DNA of 57,504 bases, filler included, from Sphacelaria rigidula (GCA_964200075.2; 8 parts of 8 records of this genome joined end to end with filler, not necessarily neighbours in it); one strand, 5' to 3'; positions 23,683-37,468 are shown, counted from the whole stretch's first letter. The notes: generated by a model not told the origin, from the letters alone. Numbers and translations are program-made.

Positions 23683-24239
23683 CTGCAAAAACAATCACGG
23701 GGAGGGCGATGTGTATCATCAGTAAGGGACAGCGATCACTACTGTAAACTTCGGACGAGAGTAATGAAATGAAACAGGGTTCAAATCAGTCATTTTCACG
23801 CACCTCCCCACCCTCCCTCACCCCCCTCCCGTCCTCGGGATGGGTATAATATCTCCGAGGGGCAGCACCAGGGTCTTCATATCGGGTTGGTGAGAGAACG
23901 CATCACAGCATAAGAGTACGAGTGCAGAAAATGCAGCGAGAGCCCGAGTCGCGTGTGTTGCCCCTTCCTCCCTGCCCCCAGCCCATCAGAAAGAAAGATA
24001 GTCCTGGTTGCCAGTTAATAACAACCAAGAAATGAGACCTTTTCGAACGACTCCGGGTTTTCGCAGACGTACCCCCTCTCCCTGCTTCTATTCCACTGCC
24101 CAATTCTCCCAGACAGGTTTGGTTGTACGACTATATCATAACATGAGACAAGCCCCACACGAGAGGGACCCAAGAGGCATGCCGCCCTGCGGCCAACCAC
24201 CGTGTGATGGACTTTGAGAGGACTCGATAAAGAAAGAAA

Positions 24240-24244
24240 AAGAA

Positions 24245-24308
<64 letters not shown>
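24240..24308. repeat. (AG)n microsatellite in the kinase intron
   Basis: Direct inspection of the sequence. Confidence 0.95.
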
Positions 24309-24309
<1 letters not shown>

Positions 24310-24500
24310 AAGGTCAAAACGATCTCTGTACTTCGCAGGGTCGGCCGACAGTACTCGGGGAAAAAAAGGAAACTGTTCCGAAATCATGACTATGTAGCAT
24401 TCTGCCAAGAGGTCTAGTATGACACAAAATAATACACGACGTCTCGAGACATGATTCCAAAAAAACAGACACACACGTACACATCGACGACATATTTCAC

Positions 24501-24667
24501 CTCTTCCAAAAGATCCTCCTCATCCTCCCTCGGCAGGTTTTGGCGCTGGATGACCTTAACCGCCACCTGCGTCCCTTGGTCCGGTCCCTTTAGCAAAGTC
24601 GCCGAGTGTACCTTCGAAAATGCCCCCTCCCCGATCAGAGGCCCAAGCCTGTACGTGTCGTGGAACG
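24501..24667 (-). CDS. CaMK-family kinase exon (subdomains I-III)
   Basis: YRLGPLIGEGAFSKV...VAVKVI...LLEE with |gtgaaa donor. The taag| acceptor is less certain. Confidence 0.88.
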
Positions 24668-25890
24668 CTTAAAAAGACAGACGGAGCGATTCATGGGCGA
24701 TAGGATGGTAGGGTGCGGGGGTTGAGAGAGAGGGAAACAACAACGAAAAAATAGCGCAGGCGCGCGCGCAGGAGGGGCAAGGGGGGCGGGGGGATGGAGC
24801 ACGCCGTGTTTTCGCCAGACCAGGCTCGCAAATTTATCACCAAGCGCGGAGCATTGTCATGTGTTCGGCGTGTCGAATGAAGGGCCAAGATTGTTCGGCC
24901 GGAAGCGCCCTGATTATCTTGCATTTGGATGATAGCCTCCAATGACTTGCTCCATTTTTTGGTATTGCAATTCCCAGAGACAGCCACGGCTTGTACACTG
25001 CCTCATGGGTGTCTCACCATTCCAACACTGCGTAGTACGATCATATCTTTCGCACAGAGTTGAGGTTCTCCCATGCCGCACAACATGATCTAGCTCGATC
25101 ACCATCATGGTTACCGCAAAAAAATGCAAGCACGCCAAAAATACGGTGATCCGGTTACCTAGCTTATGCAGTGAGTGGCGTGTTTTACAGTGTCATTGAC
25201 AGCCGACGCCAACCCCGCAAAGGGGGTGAACAGAGGGGGGGCGGGCTGTCCAAGGCGTCAGCGCTCTAATTTCACTATTCGTTTGCTAACGTCTTACACC
25301 CTGAACAACAGGTTTCATCGTCAATAACTGCACGGCGTACCATGCGGAATCTGTTGTCTATCGCAACAGACGCAATAGTCGATACTCTACGCAGTACACT
25401 TTTTGACAACGCCATCTTTTGTCCACGATGTGAAATGTGTGCGACAAAATAAACGGCTGTGAAGCTTGTAGGAGGCGTGTCCGTGATTCACACAACACTC
25501 AAGTCGTCATCGAAGAAATCGGAAATCGACGTGGGTCTTGCTTGACGCTCGGCAGACTGGCGCCCCCTGCTTTTACATGAACAATCCATCATCAGCGGCG
25601 GTAATACCAAAAGAAAACATGCACCACACACCCTACACTTGACGCCTACTGATAGCCCGTGCACTATCTTACAACGGAATCTTCTGACTCATCATTTCAT
25701 ATCGGCCGGATTTTCACATATTTGAAAAAAGAAATAAAAAAGGCGGTTACAGCTGCGGTCCATCCACAGTGCAATCAGTTATTCATGATAAGTCTGATTC
25801 GCTGTACTGTTGTCAAGTACTTGCACTATACCAGTATGGTGCGTGGTCCCGTTATAGTGCGAGCACGATCCGCTGTACCATCAAGTATTT

Positions 25891-26098
25891 CAAGGGCAGG
25901 TCGAGTAGAGTATACTTGATCGCGGGGTATTTTAAAAGTTGTACTTGAAGTACACAACCTGGGGATAGGGTTTTAGGAATCGCTTTCCAGTTATGTTTTG
26001 GGTACGACTCCCAACACTCTACCCTAATTTGAGTATTTACCTCGAGTACGTCTTCCAAAATACCCTCCGATCGAGTATACTCTACTCGGCCAGCCCTC
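25891..26098. mobile_element. hAT-like MITE family H1
   Basis: TIR caagggcaggtcgagtagagtata and perfect 8-bp TSD aagtattt (25883-90, 26099-106). It sits inside a tandem duplication of about 67 bp. Confidence 0.85.
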
Positions 26099-29000
26099 AA
26101 GTATTTGAACTATACTAGTACGGGGAGGGGTCCCGTTATAGTGCGGTCATACCGGGCTGGCAATGTACCACACTGTACTGGGACTCCCATTAAACCTGTA
26201 CATTTGCGACAGCGGCCTATGGTGGAAAACTCGAGTGCGCCAGTGTTCATTCAAGGCGTGTCAAGAGAGCAGGAGCTGAAAGCAAAGAGCAAAATGTATC
26301 CCATACGGCCCAAACGACGACGATTTGCTCCGTCTCGGAAGGGATGCGTGGTCAATGGTCAAGAGACCAAGACAAGCAACGAATGAGTGCGCCCCTGCCC
26401 CCCTCTCCTCCCACCTCCAGGCAAGACACCAGTCCTGGAGAAATTGGGCCTCTAGGGGAACCACACAGCGAGCAAGCGCTTGATCGTGGGGGTATGACTT
26501 CTCTCATGGATACTGTCTAGGGGATCGCAAGTACGAAAACCCGACGAGCGCCAGGAACTTCAGAAACGTGCCCTCCATATACACGATACAGTGGTAAGTA
26601 CAGCGCAGCAGTGGCAAAACAGATGTGGGCCGATGTCTTGTTAACAAGCCCCTCGTGGACGGGGCCCGCGCTTCTCCGATCACTCTGATGCGAACGTTCC
26701 AGGATAAGCAAGATCGTGCGGTTGCAAGTGCGATCCCCACGACTCCTCGTTGTTGACACCCTTTCCTTTTGCCGCTACTTAGTCAACACGGATCACCGTG
26801 AATTTCGTTTTATGCCTCCCGCCCGAAGGATAAGGCCGCCTCCTAGCGTATGGTGTACGATTTTCGACGCTGTCTACGTGTGGGTCATATTGCTCCGAAG
26901 TCGACAAACCAAAGAAGGAATCCTCACCGCAGCCTGACCCAGGATCGTCCGATACGCAACATCGGACAAATCACACCAACGTTTGATTGCGTCAGCATCG
27001 TAGGGAGGCATGTTTCTCCCCGATAAAGGTAAGCGAACGATCCGTGCTTGTTGTCAGCGTGCAGAAATTTACGCACATTTTCTGTGTGAGGTTGTGAAAC
27101 AGTACAAGACAATCGACGGCGAAACACGACACACACGACAACGTCACTTTTTGTTAGCTTTGTACGATGACCCGTATCATACAAATGTAAACGGTACACA
27201 CCAAACACATACAAGGGGGCGCCAACAAAGAGTGGCCAAGGAGTGGCCCTAGTGCTTTCGACGGGAGTGACATTCAGTTGGTTTGGAAGAGCAGTAACAG
27301 TAACAAATACGGTTTCCATAAGCAGCATGTAGTTCGTACGTCTAAAGATGGCCGTTTCACCGCCTGTGTAGGGTCATCAGGGTATTTCAGTTAGTCTTCA
27401 AGTAAAAGTGATGCCGATTCAAGATATGATGAATTCTGGTGGTCGAAGGCGTGGGGCGCCAATTGCGCAGAAGTACCTCGTGTCGACGAGTTCGCTGGTC
27501 TGCTCGAACGCGTGAAAACCCTCAACCCTCATCACTTCGAACGTTTTTACAATTTGTAGTGCTTGTTTTCTTACTCGGCAAGCTTTCAACGAACGTTGCA
27601 GCCACTGAAGGAGACAAACGCAATCAAAACGCGAAAAATAAAAATAAAAGCCGAAAGACCCAACTGCACGAACTTCACGCTTGTTGAGGCTTAGCACGTG
27701 AAGAGTCGAATACAGTCGATGGGTGCGGCAGAAATAAGCTCATGTTCACAAAAATTGGGGGTGAGCAGCGGGGGAATATACCATGTGTCACCGATGAATT
27801 AGTCGGGCCCTCGGGGCGTGAATCTTTGGAACAGATTTCAGTGCGTACGGGGCTTGAAGTCATCCATCGATAACGTACGAGTACTCTAATCTTGTTCACG
27901 AGATCCATCTACCATCTACACCTGGAAAATCGTATCTGATTTTAGTTCTTGCTTACACGTAGAATAGAACCGGCATTTTAACCCCTTGGTCATGAGGGTG
28001 ATCCACCTGGATCACACGAGTACATACTTCTCGAATGAAAATGAAGCCGATCGAACAGATGACGTATCTCGCGGTCAAACGCTCAAAAACAGCCAGCACG
28101 GCGGACCAACCGTCAACATCGGAAACAGCCATGATGCGGGAAAGATACGACCGGCACGCCAGTCGATCGAATACAGACAGAGCCCCGCGGGGGACTAAAC
28201 CACACACAGCACGAGGCAGTTGACGCATCTTCCGCCAAATCACGTAGCCGCTCTCTTACTTCATTTTCAATTTCAACATAATTGAAAACATTAACCCGTC
28301 CCCCGCCAGGGCAATCCGGTGAGGATCTCACCCTTGATTTCCAAGTGAAGGTGTTGGCGATTTCAGCCGAGAACCAATCCAACCTTCTGGAGGCCACCAG
28401 GTGGAATAAAAGCACCCCGAAATGGAATAAAAGAGAAGCAAAACACATCGCACACGACCATGTCTTCCTTGTTCCAGCTGGCGTGTCATTTTTGCATCCC
28501 CCCGAGAACAAGGGGAAAACCAAGACAAGAAATAAAAAATAAAGTTCGCATCGAGTATCGACCTTAAAATGTGACAGAGCGTCCAAAGCCCGGAGTTATA
28601 AGCAAGCGGGTCGAGTCATGTAGAGATCACAGTAACACATCCAAGCGTTGCGTTGCCATCCCATCTATTCTGGGCGCCGCTCTACACATTTCGGTATATG
28701 TGGGNNNNNNNNNNNNNNNNNNNNNNNNNNNNNNNNNNNNNNNNNNNNTTAATTAATTAANNNNNNNNNNNNNNNNNNNNNNNNNNNNNNNNNNNNNNNN
28801 NNNNCGTGCGGACGCCAGACACGTCATTCCTTACCAGCCTCATTGGTCGTTCTGGAGGCCCGGTCCCAAAAGGGTCAACAGCTGACTTGTTCTTTCCGTT
28901 TAAGGGTGGGAGCTTTCAAAATAGTCCAATGAAATTGATCATCATAAGGTAGTGGACGGTCTAACTATTCAGGGATGTTTTGGGATTTCCCTCGGGTACT

Positions 29001-29818
29001 ACTCTTCGACAGAACTCGATATTACTAGCGTCGATAGATTTTGGTACAATGAACAGATCATACTCGAAACACAGTGCCCAAGTTAGCGTCCGTTGGTGTT
29101 ATCGGGCGATACGAGCAAATACTCCGTCTATTAGGACGGTGTTGTTGACCGTGAAACACAGTTTTTCGGCTGTACTGCAATGAGTGGGTTGAATTTCAAA
29201 AAAATAAAAGTGTACATTTCTTCACAAATATGATCGGGACATGCTCGATCGACCAAAAATAACGAAGGGTGAGAATCTGGGCTGACACGTGGCAGGACCC
29301 CCGATGACCGGTCAGCTCGCAAGTCACTCAATATCAAGCATAAATGTTTTTTTTCTTCTTGCAATGTGGAGGGGATACAAGTATCTTCAGATCCCCAATG
29401 TGATGAACGATGACAAGCGAAAAGAGCCTAAGAAAGTCGCCAATTACGAAAAAATCACAAAATGCGACAGGCTGAATAATTAGACCGCCCACTACTGTAG
29501 TTGATTCAATCTAGTGATCAACCCCATTAATAGTTGATTATTATGAAATAATCATGACTGGATCAAGAGTCGATTCGGGACGAATGATTGACCAAATCAA
29601 CCCGATTTATGAGCTGGTCTACAATACTTTTGTAGTACACGTACAGTAGTTGCGCCGCACATTTATGTTCCCTTACGAGAACCGCGATTTCAATAGCCCA
29701 AATGATTCTTTCAATAATCTAATAAGACTTTTCCCATGAGGCCAGCAGTCATATTCGAATATAATTCTACGGGGGCAAGAGTGTGTGTTGTGCTTTGGGG
29801 GAGGGGGGGGGGGTTCAC

Positions 29819-29898
29819 CGCGAGCAATCATGGGCGAATGAGATTTGGAATGCGACTTGAGTCCCGACAAGATCCGGCCTAATCGATCTAGCGTCAAC
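29819..29898 (-). CDS. Possible exon 2 of the dynamitin-like gene: VDARSIRPDLVGTQVAFQISFAHDCS
   Basis: cacag| acceptor and |gtgaac donor. Phase 0 matches exon 30501-30629. Confidence 0.35.
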
Positions 29899-30500
29899 CT
29901 GTGGAATCTCTGACAAGAGAATTCATACTATGATACCGGGAAGGAATGACAGCCCTCGATCAACATTACGCAAACCCGGTGACTTGAGACCTTTGCTTCG
30001 CCTCCTGCTATGATGAGGACCGTTTTCACCCCACGTGTGCCATTGTTTACTGTTCCGAATTTTAAATAAACACCTACACCAAACGGCACCAGCAAAACCG
30101 CAAAGATCAAGATACGTACAGCAACATTGTATACACATACTGACTGTAGATATGTGTATCCCCTAACATGAACACATAGAAAGACATGTACACGCGCCCG
30201 CGCGCGCCGTAGTGGAGAAAACCTCCCCATTCTCGGGTGATTTCGGCTGTCGGCGGAATCCAACAAACAACACACCTCAGCCGAACAAGTTGGCTGTTCC
30301 ATCTCTGATTTTGAAGGCTACGCTGCTAAATGACACTAGAACTTGCATTGGTTCAAAATTCATCGTCAAGATCGGCAATGCACGGGCTTTTCTTGCCACC
30401 CAGGGACTTTTGCTCTGGAGGATAATGAGATCGAAAAAGTGAATCACCTGGGGGTGGTATACCACGTTACCCTCAGCGCCGCAACATTACAGGTATTTAC

Positions 30501-30629
30501 CTTATTAGCGTTGTCTTTGCGGCCTTCCTTGGCACCTCCAAATGATTCCAGGGCAATTTCATCCTCTGAAATAGCGAGGTCGGGTGTTTCGAACACTTCC
30601 TCTTCCTCTCCTCTTGCTACTACCTCCAT
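30501..30629 (-). CDS. First coding exon, dynactin p50/dynamitin-like: MEVVARGEEEEVFETPDL...
   Basis: VARGEEEEVFETPDL resembles the dynamitin N-terminal motif IARNEPDVYETSDL. |gtaaat donor. The match is short. Confidence 0.45.
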
Positions 30630-31924
30630 GCTGCAACTGCAACTGCAACTGGGTCCTCAAGGGCAAGGGGTGGGTGAAGACGGTTGGCGGGTGCTAACAA
30701 CGCTTTGCTTTAATGTCTCATATTTGACCGGTTGTTGTTCTGTACCCGCAGTAGGCGAGGCCAAACCTCACTGATTACGATAGATATACGATAATTACAC
30801 TACTGCATGCTGCAATGTCCTCTATTGCTGTAAATTGGTAGTCCACTGGCAAAAAACACTCCTCTAGAACTCGCCTCGATTCTTCCTCCATGGTCTCACC
30901 CGAAAACTATATATATATCGTTTACTTTATACATAGGAACTATTAATAGTACAGGACCAACAGAACAGTTGAAGGATCCATCCCTATATTCCACGGTGAG
31001 GACAAATCATCACGACTGAAAATCACCAAATTCACGATTTCATCGGCCTGACTGCCCAAAAGGCAGAAAAAAGTTGATCGCTGGTCCAAGGNNNNNNNNN
31101 NGATTTGTCACGAGTCGACTCATGATACTAAAACCAAGTAATTTTCAGACGAATCACTATTTGTCCGACCCTTGCTATATTCTATATTCATAGGCGCCAT
31201 TCTGCTCGATCCTCGCTAAAGCAAATACGATGACATTTCGATATTTACAATGTACAAGTATCCACACACCGGAACAGTATCAGTTCCTTGCTGCCTGCTG
31301 TCTATTATTGTAGTGTTCTTTGATCTGCACCACCGGTGTCGCACTGTTTTCCTTTTTTATTTTGCCATGACTTTCCGAACACTATAAACTAGCGATGTAG
31401 TCGTATAGTTGTCGGTGAACTATATTTTAATAGTTTTGCACAGGATTATATTAATTAATCAATTAAAGATTGATTGAGGATGGATGGATGGTTGGATGGA
31501 TGCATGGTTGGATTGTATTTTTTGGACAGAGGGGAAGACAATTTCATCGCATAATAAAAGACAACAGCTGAAATTCTACTGCAATATACTACCCACGAAC
31601 TACTCTTATTGTGTATGGGGTAATTGTGATCGTTGTGCAAGTATGGATGTGCAGAAATGTCACCCCGAGGATTCATTCTGTATAGTCATTTCGAGCCATG
31701 CAGAACGCTAGTCTTTTTCTTGTGGCTGTACAAATGACATATCTACAGATTCAGCCAAATCTTGATCAACAACATCAGCATCGCAATTCAGCACGAGGGG
31801 CAATTCAGCAGCAGTGACAGCGGCTGGAGCAGGCAAGGGGCAGGGAGAACAGCAGTTGTTGGTGTGTTTCAAGTAGTGCGTGTTTAGCCGGTGCGCTTCC
31901 GGTAGGTAGTCATCGTAGTCAGCA

Positions 31925-32083
31925 ATGGCGTCCGATGCTGCGGCTGAAGGTCAAACCAAGAACAACACCAAACAGGGTATGCCCGAGTGGCGGCCGCCAG
32001 CAGCTTTGGGCACGGGCGGCTTGACTGAACTATGGGACAGACTGTACCCCCTCAAGCTCTACAACTCTCTCACAAGGACCAAG
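31925..32083 (+). CDS. CARS: Cytosolic cysteinyl-tRNA synthetase, exon 1
   Basis: gcaATGg start, W-x-P-P and LKLYNSLTRTK as in eukaryotic CysRS N-termini, and |gtgcgc donor. I did not find the downstream CGPTVY exon in this scaffold. Confidence 0.75.
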
Positions 32084-33614
32084 GTGCGCGGATGTAGGTC
32101 AGGTCGGAGCTGGGGCTGAGAGCGTTCGCAGGTTTACAATGTATAACACAGTAAGTACAGCAGTGTCGTGACTGGACGGTGCTGTCGTACTGGATGCTAC
32201 TGTTTCACCACACTACTGCTGCTGTCTCTACCGCACCACAGTACAGTAGGGAAAGTGGCGTTCAAACCAGAGGTGTCTTTTAATCCGCAACTCGCTCCGT
32301 GTTGATGCTCGCTTCGCATTCAAGGGCAGGGCGGGTACAGATGCCCAAAAGTAGTAGATGAATTGTTTATACGTTGCACCTGTGGTTTCATGCTTGGGTA
32401 ATGAGTTGCGCTTGTGGCCGGTGATGGTACACGCTCGCTTGGGGTGGACATCTTCTTGAGCTACGCCTTTGCGGAACAGGCATTCGAGCAAGCGACCTAG
32501 CAGAATGATACACAGAACCACAACGCCGTTGCTCCAAACAAGGCTGGTGCATTTTGCGGCTGCGGGGACTTGTACCATCTGTGGACATCACCCGTCTGCC
32601 GTGTAGTTCGTGTTGGTATAGAGCTTCGATAAATGTGATCTGTGCCTCCCGTCCCCTAGTCAGTTTTATGCAAGGAAGGGGTGGTCGTGTCCGTCCAAAC
32701 GACGTTTTTGGTCGCATCGCACGACGTCGAGTGTGTAGTATCACGAAGTATAACACCCGTGGGTGGTATCACAAGTTTTTCAGTCGTTCGACCGTCTGGA
32801 CAACAACGGGGAACAATACAGGCGCGGCCGCTGAAGCGCGGTCGCCAAAAGATGACAACTAGTCTGTTAGATATATCGGCCACTCAAAGATATCGATATC
32901 CGAAAACATTTCCCCATTTCTTGCCAGAGTCGATATTGAAATCCTGTCGAGCTGTCGTGCGGGTCGTATCTCCACGCGCGCAGCCTTGGGACGAACACAT
33001 TGTCTGGTGACGTTACGCCGCCGCCCTATAGCAGTTGGAGGTAAACGGTCGACAGTGGGTTAATAGGGGGTATGTCAGGTACGCAGAATGATCAGCGATC
33101 AGAAAAGCACGCATATCGTACGAGCTGGGCCAGCAGTAAATCCCGCATTTGCTTTTCACACCACAGCTCATCAGGTATACCAAAGCAGTCCGACTTGAGC
33201 ATATCGCTGTGAAGTGCAGACCAACCTGGTAGCGCACGGCACCACCGCTGAACGGAAATATAGCCGAAAAAAATGTACTGCATTATGTATGACCTCAACG
33301 ACGGAACGGAAAAAATATATATGTCGGGGTTCGAACTTTTTCCCTCCATAACTGTAGTCTCCTCAAACACTTGGAATAAACGGGTGCAGCGGTGTCACAC
33401 AAAAAGTGCCCGGCTGCGCGCAATTTGAGGTATTTTCGGCCGAAAATTCACCAGGATCTCCTTCACGCAAGTACCCACAACGTAGAGAAGGTGCCGCCGT
33501 GTTTCTCCATTTTCACGAAGTTATAGCATTTTTTCTGTTTTTGCGGAAACTTGAAATAACTCTAACTTTCTGTTTCTTTCTTCTTTTTCCTTCTTCCTTC
33601 AGACCTTTTCGCAA

Positions 33615-35275
33615 GGTGCGCGTGTTTAGGCCAACTCTAATGAGAGTCGTTCAAAATTCCTGTCGAAAACTACCTTTCGGGGCCTTCTCCGTCGATTTAC
33701 GCTCGAAAAGATGGCCAGGCGGATGTTGACGCCTTGAAATGACTTGCTCTACTCGTTGAGGCCATTCTAGGGCAACTCTGTATTTCCCCCTAGCCGCACT
33801 TTTGTTTTTGGCCAAATCAGGCCAAACACGAATCTTCAGCAAAAAACGATCAGGTGATCAAAAATTCCCCCCAGTAGTTTGACCGTTTTTCATTGAAAAT
33901 CCGTGTTCGGCCAAAAATAAAGTGCGGCCAGCGGGAACTGCAAAGTTGCCCTGGAACGGTCTCAATGAGTAGAGCACGTCGTTCGAAGGCGACAATATCC
34001 GCTCAGCCCTTTCCTCAGGCGTGAAAAGACGGAGAAGGGCCAAAAAGACAGTTTCAAACAGAATTTTTGAACGGCTCCCATTAGAGTCGGTCCCAGCACA
34101 TATATATTTTTCGATCCAAAAAGTGCGGTGGAAAATCAAAACTCCGATGTGATGCGGTTTTGATTTTAACTATCGTAGTTTTTGTTTAACCCTTGGACGA
34201 CGAGCGTCGCCTCGGAACAGTTGTACCGGCGCACAGTCCCGAGACATCCGGGGGTTTCCAGTGTTGAGGGGTGGTTTTTGAGGGGGGAGTGTGTCTATAC
34301 GTAGAGCACCGCAGAATCCCACGGAGTCAACCATGCGTGTTTGGAAGTTTCCCGCGGAAAATTATGGGCCGTGCAAGGGGCTCGAGAGGCGCGGTATGAC
34401 CATTCTGACCAATCACGGTCGTCAAAATGAGCATTTTTGTAATGTTTCCACAAGACTGCTGTAAGACTGGTTCCGTCGTCAAGCATGAAAGCTCATTATC
34501 GTCACCTGAAATCAACCATAGATTATATGAACCAAAAAGCATGTGTTGCTGGGTGTCTGTATCTTTTGTGATGCCTAAGCTTCATACTACGTGCATACCT
34601 CATCTGGTATACAACGTAATGGCGCAACACGCGAGCCCCCACCACGAGTATCCAGTGCGCATTGCGGTTGACGCCCACGTCTACGGAAATGTTACTGCTA
34701 TTGCGGACCAGATAATGGAGGTTTGCTGCCCGCGATTCAAAGGCGGCGGATCGTGTCGCCCAGTGAGAATTCTCAGTAACAATGGCCCAAGTGAAGCTGC
34801 ATCGATGAGCGCGGCACGTGCTGTAAGCTTGTTCGCAGCGGTAGTCATGGTGCAAAACCACACACGCACGCTGCGTACCCTCGACACGTGCAAGCCTGTA
34901 AGATCTAGTACGCTGTAGAAGGTACGCGGAGCTGCGGCACAAAACACTGCACTCTGCTGCTGCTGTGCACAATTATGCAGCGTATAATAATCTAATAATA
35001 CATACCACCACTGCACTGTCTGCAGGCGCCTGTGTCATGACTCTCACAACTATGTGCCTCGTATGCACCCCCGGGCCCTTCTGCCGTAAAGTAGGCGTTG
35101 TGGTTTGTGACAAAAGAATGATTCTGAACCCAAAAAGTGGATAGTCTTCCTCAGTCTTCCAGCGGGGGGGTCGCGGTCAAAGGGCTAAGATGTTTGATAT
35201 CACAATCTATCGGATCGGAATTTTTGTTCTCCACCGCACTTTTTCGATCGGAAAATGACGTGCTAAGACACGGCC
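33615..35275. mobile_element. Tourist-like MITE A expanded by nested MITEs (33629-34092, itself containing 33770-33951) and a piggyBac-like element
   Basis: A pieces lie at 33615-25, 34096-34185 and 35189-35275. Nested TIRs are ggccaactctaa/ttagagtcggtc and gggcaactc/aagttgccc. Confidence 0.7.
34190..35184. mobile_element. Non-autonomous piggyBac-like element of about 1 kb. A second copy is at about 39170-40143 and a partial copy starts at 44314.
   Basis: TTAA|cccttgg...caaaggg|CTAA. The 5' part (gagcgtcgcctcggaacagtt) and 3' part (gtggatagt...ggggggtcgc) are shared with the other copy. Confidence 0.7.
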
Positions 35276-35809
35276 TAACTCTTCGAATTACCAACCGCCT
35301 GGCCCGACAACATTCAAAAATCGCTGTCATCCGGCTCAGCTCGAGTCGTTCTCGCCTTATTACGGTGCGAAACAACGGGTAATGCTGGCAGTGGGATGCG
35401 ACCTGCGTCCTGCCGCAACCTTGGCAAATCGAAGATGTACAGGGCCCACTGATGGGGACAAGATATATGAGTGGTGAGATTTTCGATTAATCAGAGCCTT
35501 TCGATGTACGAAAATGCGGCGACCTTTCATCTATCAGATGAGAGAAACGAGTGGCACATGAGTGGCAAAAAATACGTTGATTGGCCCACACATTGCGCCG
35601 CTGAGAGACAGACAGCTGCGAGACGGACAGCTGCGACCATCAACCGCTGAGGATGCGGCAGCTCCGTGCTGGCTCAATTTGTTTGCCCCAACCTGCACGC
35701 ACCCGCCTTTCGCGCCTTCCCCGATCGCAGCACCCGACTTCAGCTGAAGTATCAAAGACGATGCAACAGACAGCTGCACATCGATCACGTGATCGTTTCA
35801 ACTTTGTAT

Positions 35810-35904
35810 GCCCCGGTGGCTCAGTTGGTAACCTCTTAAACTTGTGATGGTTGAGTTGTGGGGTTCGATTCCCGCAGCGATCTGGGATTTTTTCTTACAC
35901 CATG
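35810..35904 (+). mobile_element. tRNA-like head of SINE family 1, truncated by the scaffold end
   Basis: gccccggtggctcagttggtaacc...ggttcgattcc...gcgatctggga. Confidence 0.75.
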
Positions 35905-37126
35905 NNNNNNNNNNNNNNNNNNNNNNNNNNNNNNNNNNNNNNNNNNNNTTAATTAATTAANNNNNNNNNNNNNNNNNNNNNNNNNNNNNNNNNNNNNNNN
36001 NNNNAACCCAAACATCAGGCGCTGTATGGCCATTGTTTTCGTGACACTTTTGGGCTGGTTTTGGGGGAGTTATCGTAGAAAGTGTCGTGCGCGATAAAAA
36101 AAATAAAGCAAAAACGGTTTCTCCTGTTCCTCTGGTGCAGGAGACAGCTTACTCGATTACTATTACTGTGAATATTGTACGTACGTATGCCACCGTGACA
36201 GTCTTGCGAGGATGTGTTGGGTAGGATAAATATTCGGGTATTCTCTCTCCTGGACTTTGCGTTGCGATTGTCCGATCTCTAAACTCTACCCAAATATTGA
36301 GTAAACTGAGGTGCGGTCACCCAATAGCTGGTTAATATTGAGTATGATGTCAATAATCTACCCAGGTTGTTGGTACTTATGGTGCGATTTTTTAAAATAA
36401 ACAAATACAGGAAATACCCTACCCGACACACCCTTGCAATCTTGGCGTGTTAACTAGAGCCACGAATGATCATGAGACAAATAGTCATATCCCGACAACA
36501 TTGGCCATGATCCCTCAGGTACCATGTTTTTTCTTTCATAAATCAGGCGATAAAAGCCCAAGGAAAGCACGACAATAAACACTGACGCAAAAATTGTCGT
36601 TATCAAGCATGGCCGCGCCAGTGCGCAGGTGCTCCTGTCACACTATTCTCCTGCTCACACGGTAGCGTTCACAATCAGCCAGCATGGACGATAAAAATTC
36701 ACACCCAGGACAATGTATGGACAACACAATAGTTGCGGTAGATGGGCCTAAAATTTACACGGTGCATTTTCTGCCTGTTGCAACTGTTGACCATATATTG
36801 CACATCCTGGACAATGACAATGGATTCATTGTCAAAAAATGTACTGATTTACAGTATCGACCATTGCGTCTACTGCAACAGACAAAAGATTCCATACTGT
36901 ACGCCGAACATTTTTTTACTTTCCCCCCTGTAACAATGTCGTGTGCTTCCAGCTACATGCCGATATCCTACTCAGGGATGACATAATAGGCTTTCAGTGG
37001 CAAGCTACTGCAGCAATCAATGAAGGCCTCGTGTATTGCCTGGGGGAGCACTTCGGAACCGAAACTGTTTCATGCATTGATAATCTACCGTCCAGGGTGT
37101 GGAAAATTTACACAGAGCGATGGTAC

Positions 37127-37252
37127 CTTTCGATTCAACTGAACATCAGCAACCTTGGCCTGGCTGATGAAGCGAGAGTACGCGATCCCGTGCTGTCTCA
37201 CGCCGGCGTTGATTCGCTGTATCCACATCTTCGAGAAATCCCGCCTCTTGTT
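37127..37252 (-). CDS. MRPL20: Mitochondrial ribosomal protein bL20, exon
   Basis: [42 protein letters not shown], with gatag| acceptor and |gtacca donor, phase 0-0. The mitochondrial assignment is inferred from the nuclear location. Confidence 0.9.
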
Positions 37253-37468
37253 CTATCACGCACACGTATAACACAACAGACACAAAACAGGAGAGCGCGT
37301 TAAATGCGAAGCACACAGGAGTCTGTCACCACAAAAAGAGCCAGGGACAGGCAGGACAGGACAGGACAAGGTGACGGTGACACTCGAGGCGGCATGCCAA
37401 CTCGACAGCCGCAGCCGCAACCACAGCCCCTGTAGCGGCGTACATGCACGCCATCCGTAGGCGCGTAC

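Noticed and set aside
26500..28250. Coding-like stretches upstream of the kinase exons (similar cases at 20820-21360, 32230-33010 and 57017-57500)
   Set aside because: There are stops in all frames and no recognisable motif. They may be old TE relics, but I cannot support a call.
33140..33185. Hammerhead-like CUGAUGAG...GAAA on the minus strand
   Set aside because: There are no convincing stems, and the motif is absent from the other two copies of this repeat (11756, 41220).
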